Assembly: GCA_964392445.1 (NCBI GenBank)
Contig: CAYMPD010000012.1
Coordinates: 1-34,281, forward strand
Direction of reading: 5' to 3'
DNA from: an uncultured archaeon
GTDB taxonomy: Archaea > Aenigmatarchaeota > Aenigmatarchaeia > CG10238-14
DNA: 34,281 nt
Part shown: one piece after another, positions 33,889 through 34,281 of the stretch
How positions within the stretch are numbered: the stretch's first letter is position 1
Layout of the letters: every line of letters starts with the position of its first letter
The notes under the pieces: model-generated
Databases searched by the model: none
Told to the model about the DNA's origin: nothing
What the model saw: only the letters and a program-made list of their open reading frames with translations
Made by a program: the position numbers and the translations under genes

Positions 33889-34176
33889 TTACGGAGTTAA
33901 AAGTTCTTCACAATCTGCTTGTGTAACACCAGAAATTATACGTGTACAATCTGCTGCATAATCTGACCAACTACCACTTGGTTTTTTATCAGGGTCATAA
34001 TTACTAACGGACCACTGTGTGCAGAAAGCCATCTTTCTTCCATTACAATATTGTTCTGTTACTGTTCCTCCACCTCTTCCCAACCAAGTCCAAACCAAAT
34101 AACCAAGACCAACTATTACAATTAACCCAACCGCTAATGCCACAATCAGATTTGTTGCTGATATACCTTTTCTCAT
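33889..34176 (-). CDS. Small pilin-like protein with 4-Cys C-terminal domain (candidate major pilin)
   Basis: AAGGTGA SD; MRKG|ISATNLIVALAVGLIVIVG; C-x7-C-x2-W...C...C. Confidence 0.85.
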   Translation of the reverse strand: MRKGISATNLIVALAVGLIVIVGLGYLVWTWLGRGGGTVTEQYCNGRKMAFCTQWSVSNYDPDKKPSGSWSDYAADCTRIISGVTQADCEELLTP

Positions 34177-34281
34177 ATCTTCACCTTAAATTTTATTTTG
34201 GGATTATTAGTTATTAAATGTTATTTAGACTGTGGGACAAAATTCCTAAATAATCATCCCAAGAGAAATAAATTGTGCCAA

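Noticed and set aside
11005-34217. Other short overlapping ORFs in the track (e.g. 12871-13230, 19534-19833, 25137-25433, 26625-26993, 32582-32794, 34017-34217)
   Set aside because: They are antisense or out-of-frame to recognisable genes or tRNAs and show low-complexity mirror composition.
34177-34281. Possible 3' end of an upstream minus-strand gene (e.g. pilus assembly membrane protein)
   Set aside because: Two frames are open for about 20 codons, which is too short to choose or identify.

Overview
This window is archaeal. The evidence is Alba, Taw1/TYW1, isopentenyl phosphate kinase, geranylgeranyl reductases, an intron-containing tRNA-Trp, a PGF-pre-PGF-like domain, class III (prepilin) signal peptides and GGTGA/GAGGT ribosome-binding sites. 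The compact layout, giant surface protein and pilin arrays suggest a DPANN-type lineage, which is an inference. From left to right it contains: (1) a 5'-truncated giant (>3,600 aa) sequon-rich surface protein with beta-propellers, a beta-helix, Ig-like modules and a 786-bp internal duplication; (2) taw1, small membrane and Ig-like proteins, several unannotated micro-ORFs and tRNA-Thr(UGU); (3) a lipid/isoprenoid region with PAP2, two GGR-family reductases, carbamate kinase, tRNA-Trp, Nudix, a nucleotidyltransferase, MVD/PMD, type-1 IDI, IPK and UppS, followed by pcm and alba; (4) the most striking part, 26.0-34.2 kb. This is a cluster of six prepilin-like genes plus a lipoprotein. Three large surface proteins there each end in a different peptidoglycan-hydrolase fold with intact catalytic motifs: a lytic transglycosylase (SLT), an NlpC/P60 peptidase and an M15 Zn-peptidase. 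Archaea do not make murein, so the best reading is a pilus-borne apparatus for breaching bacterial cell walls. All calls come from motif recognition by eye; no searches were run.
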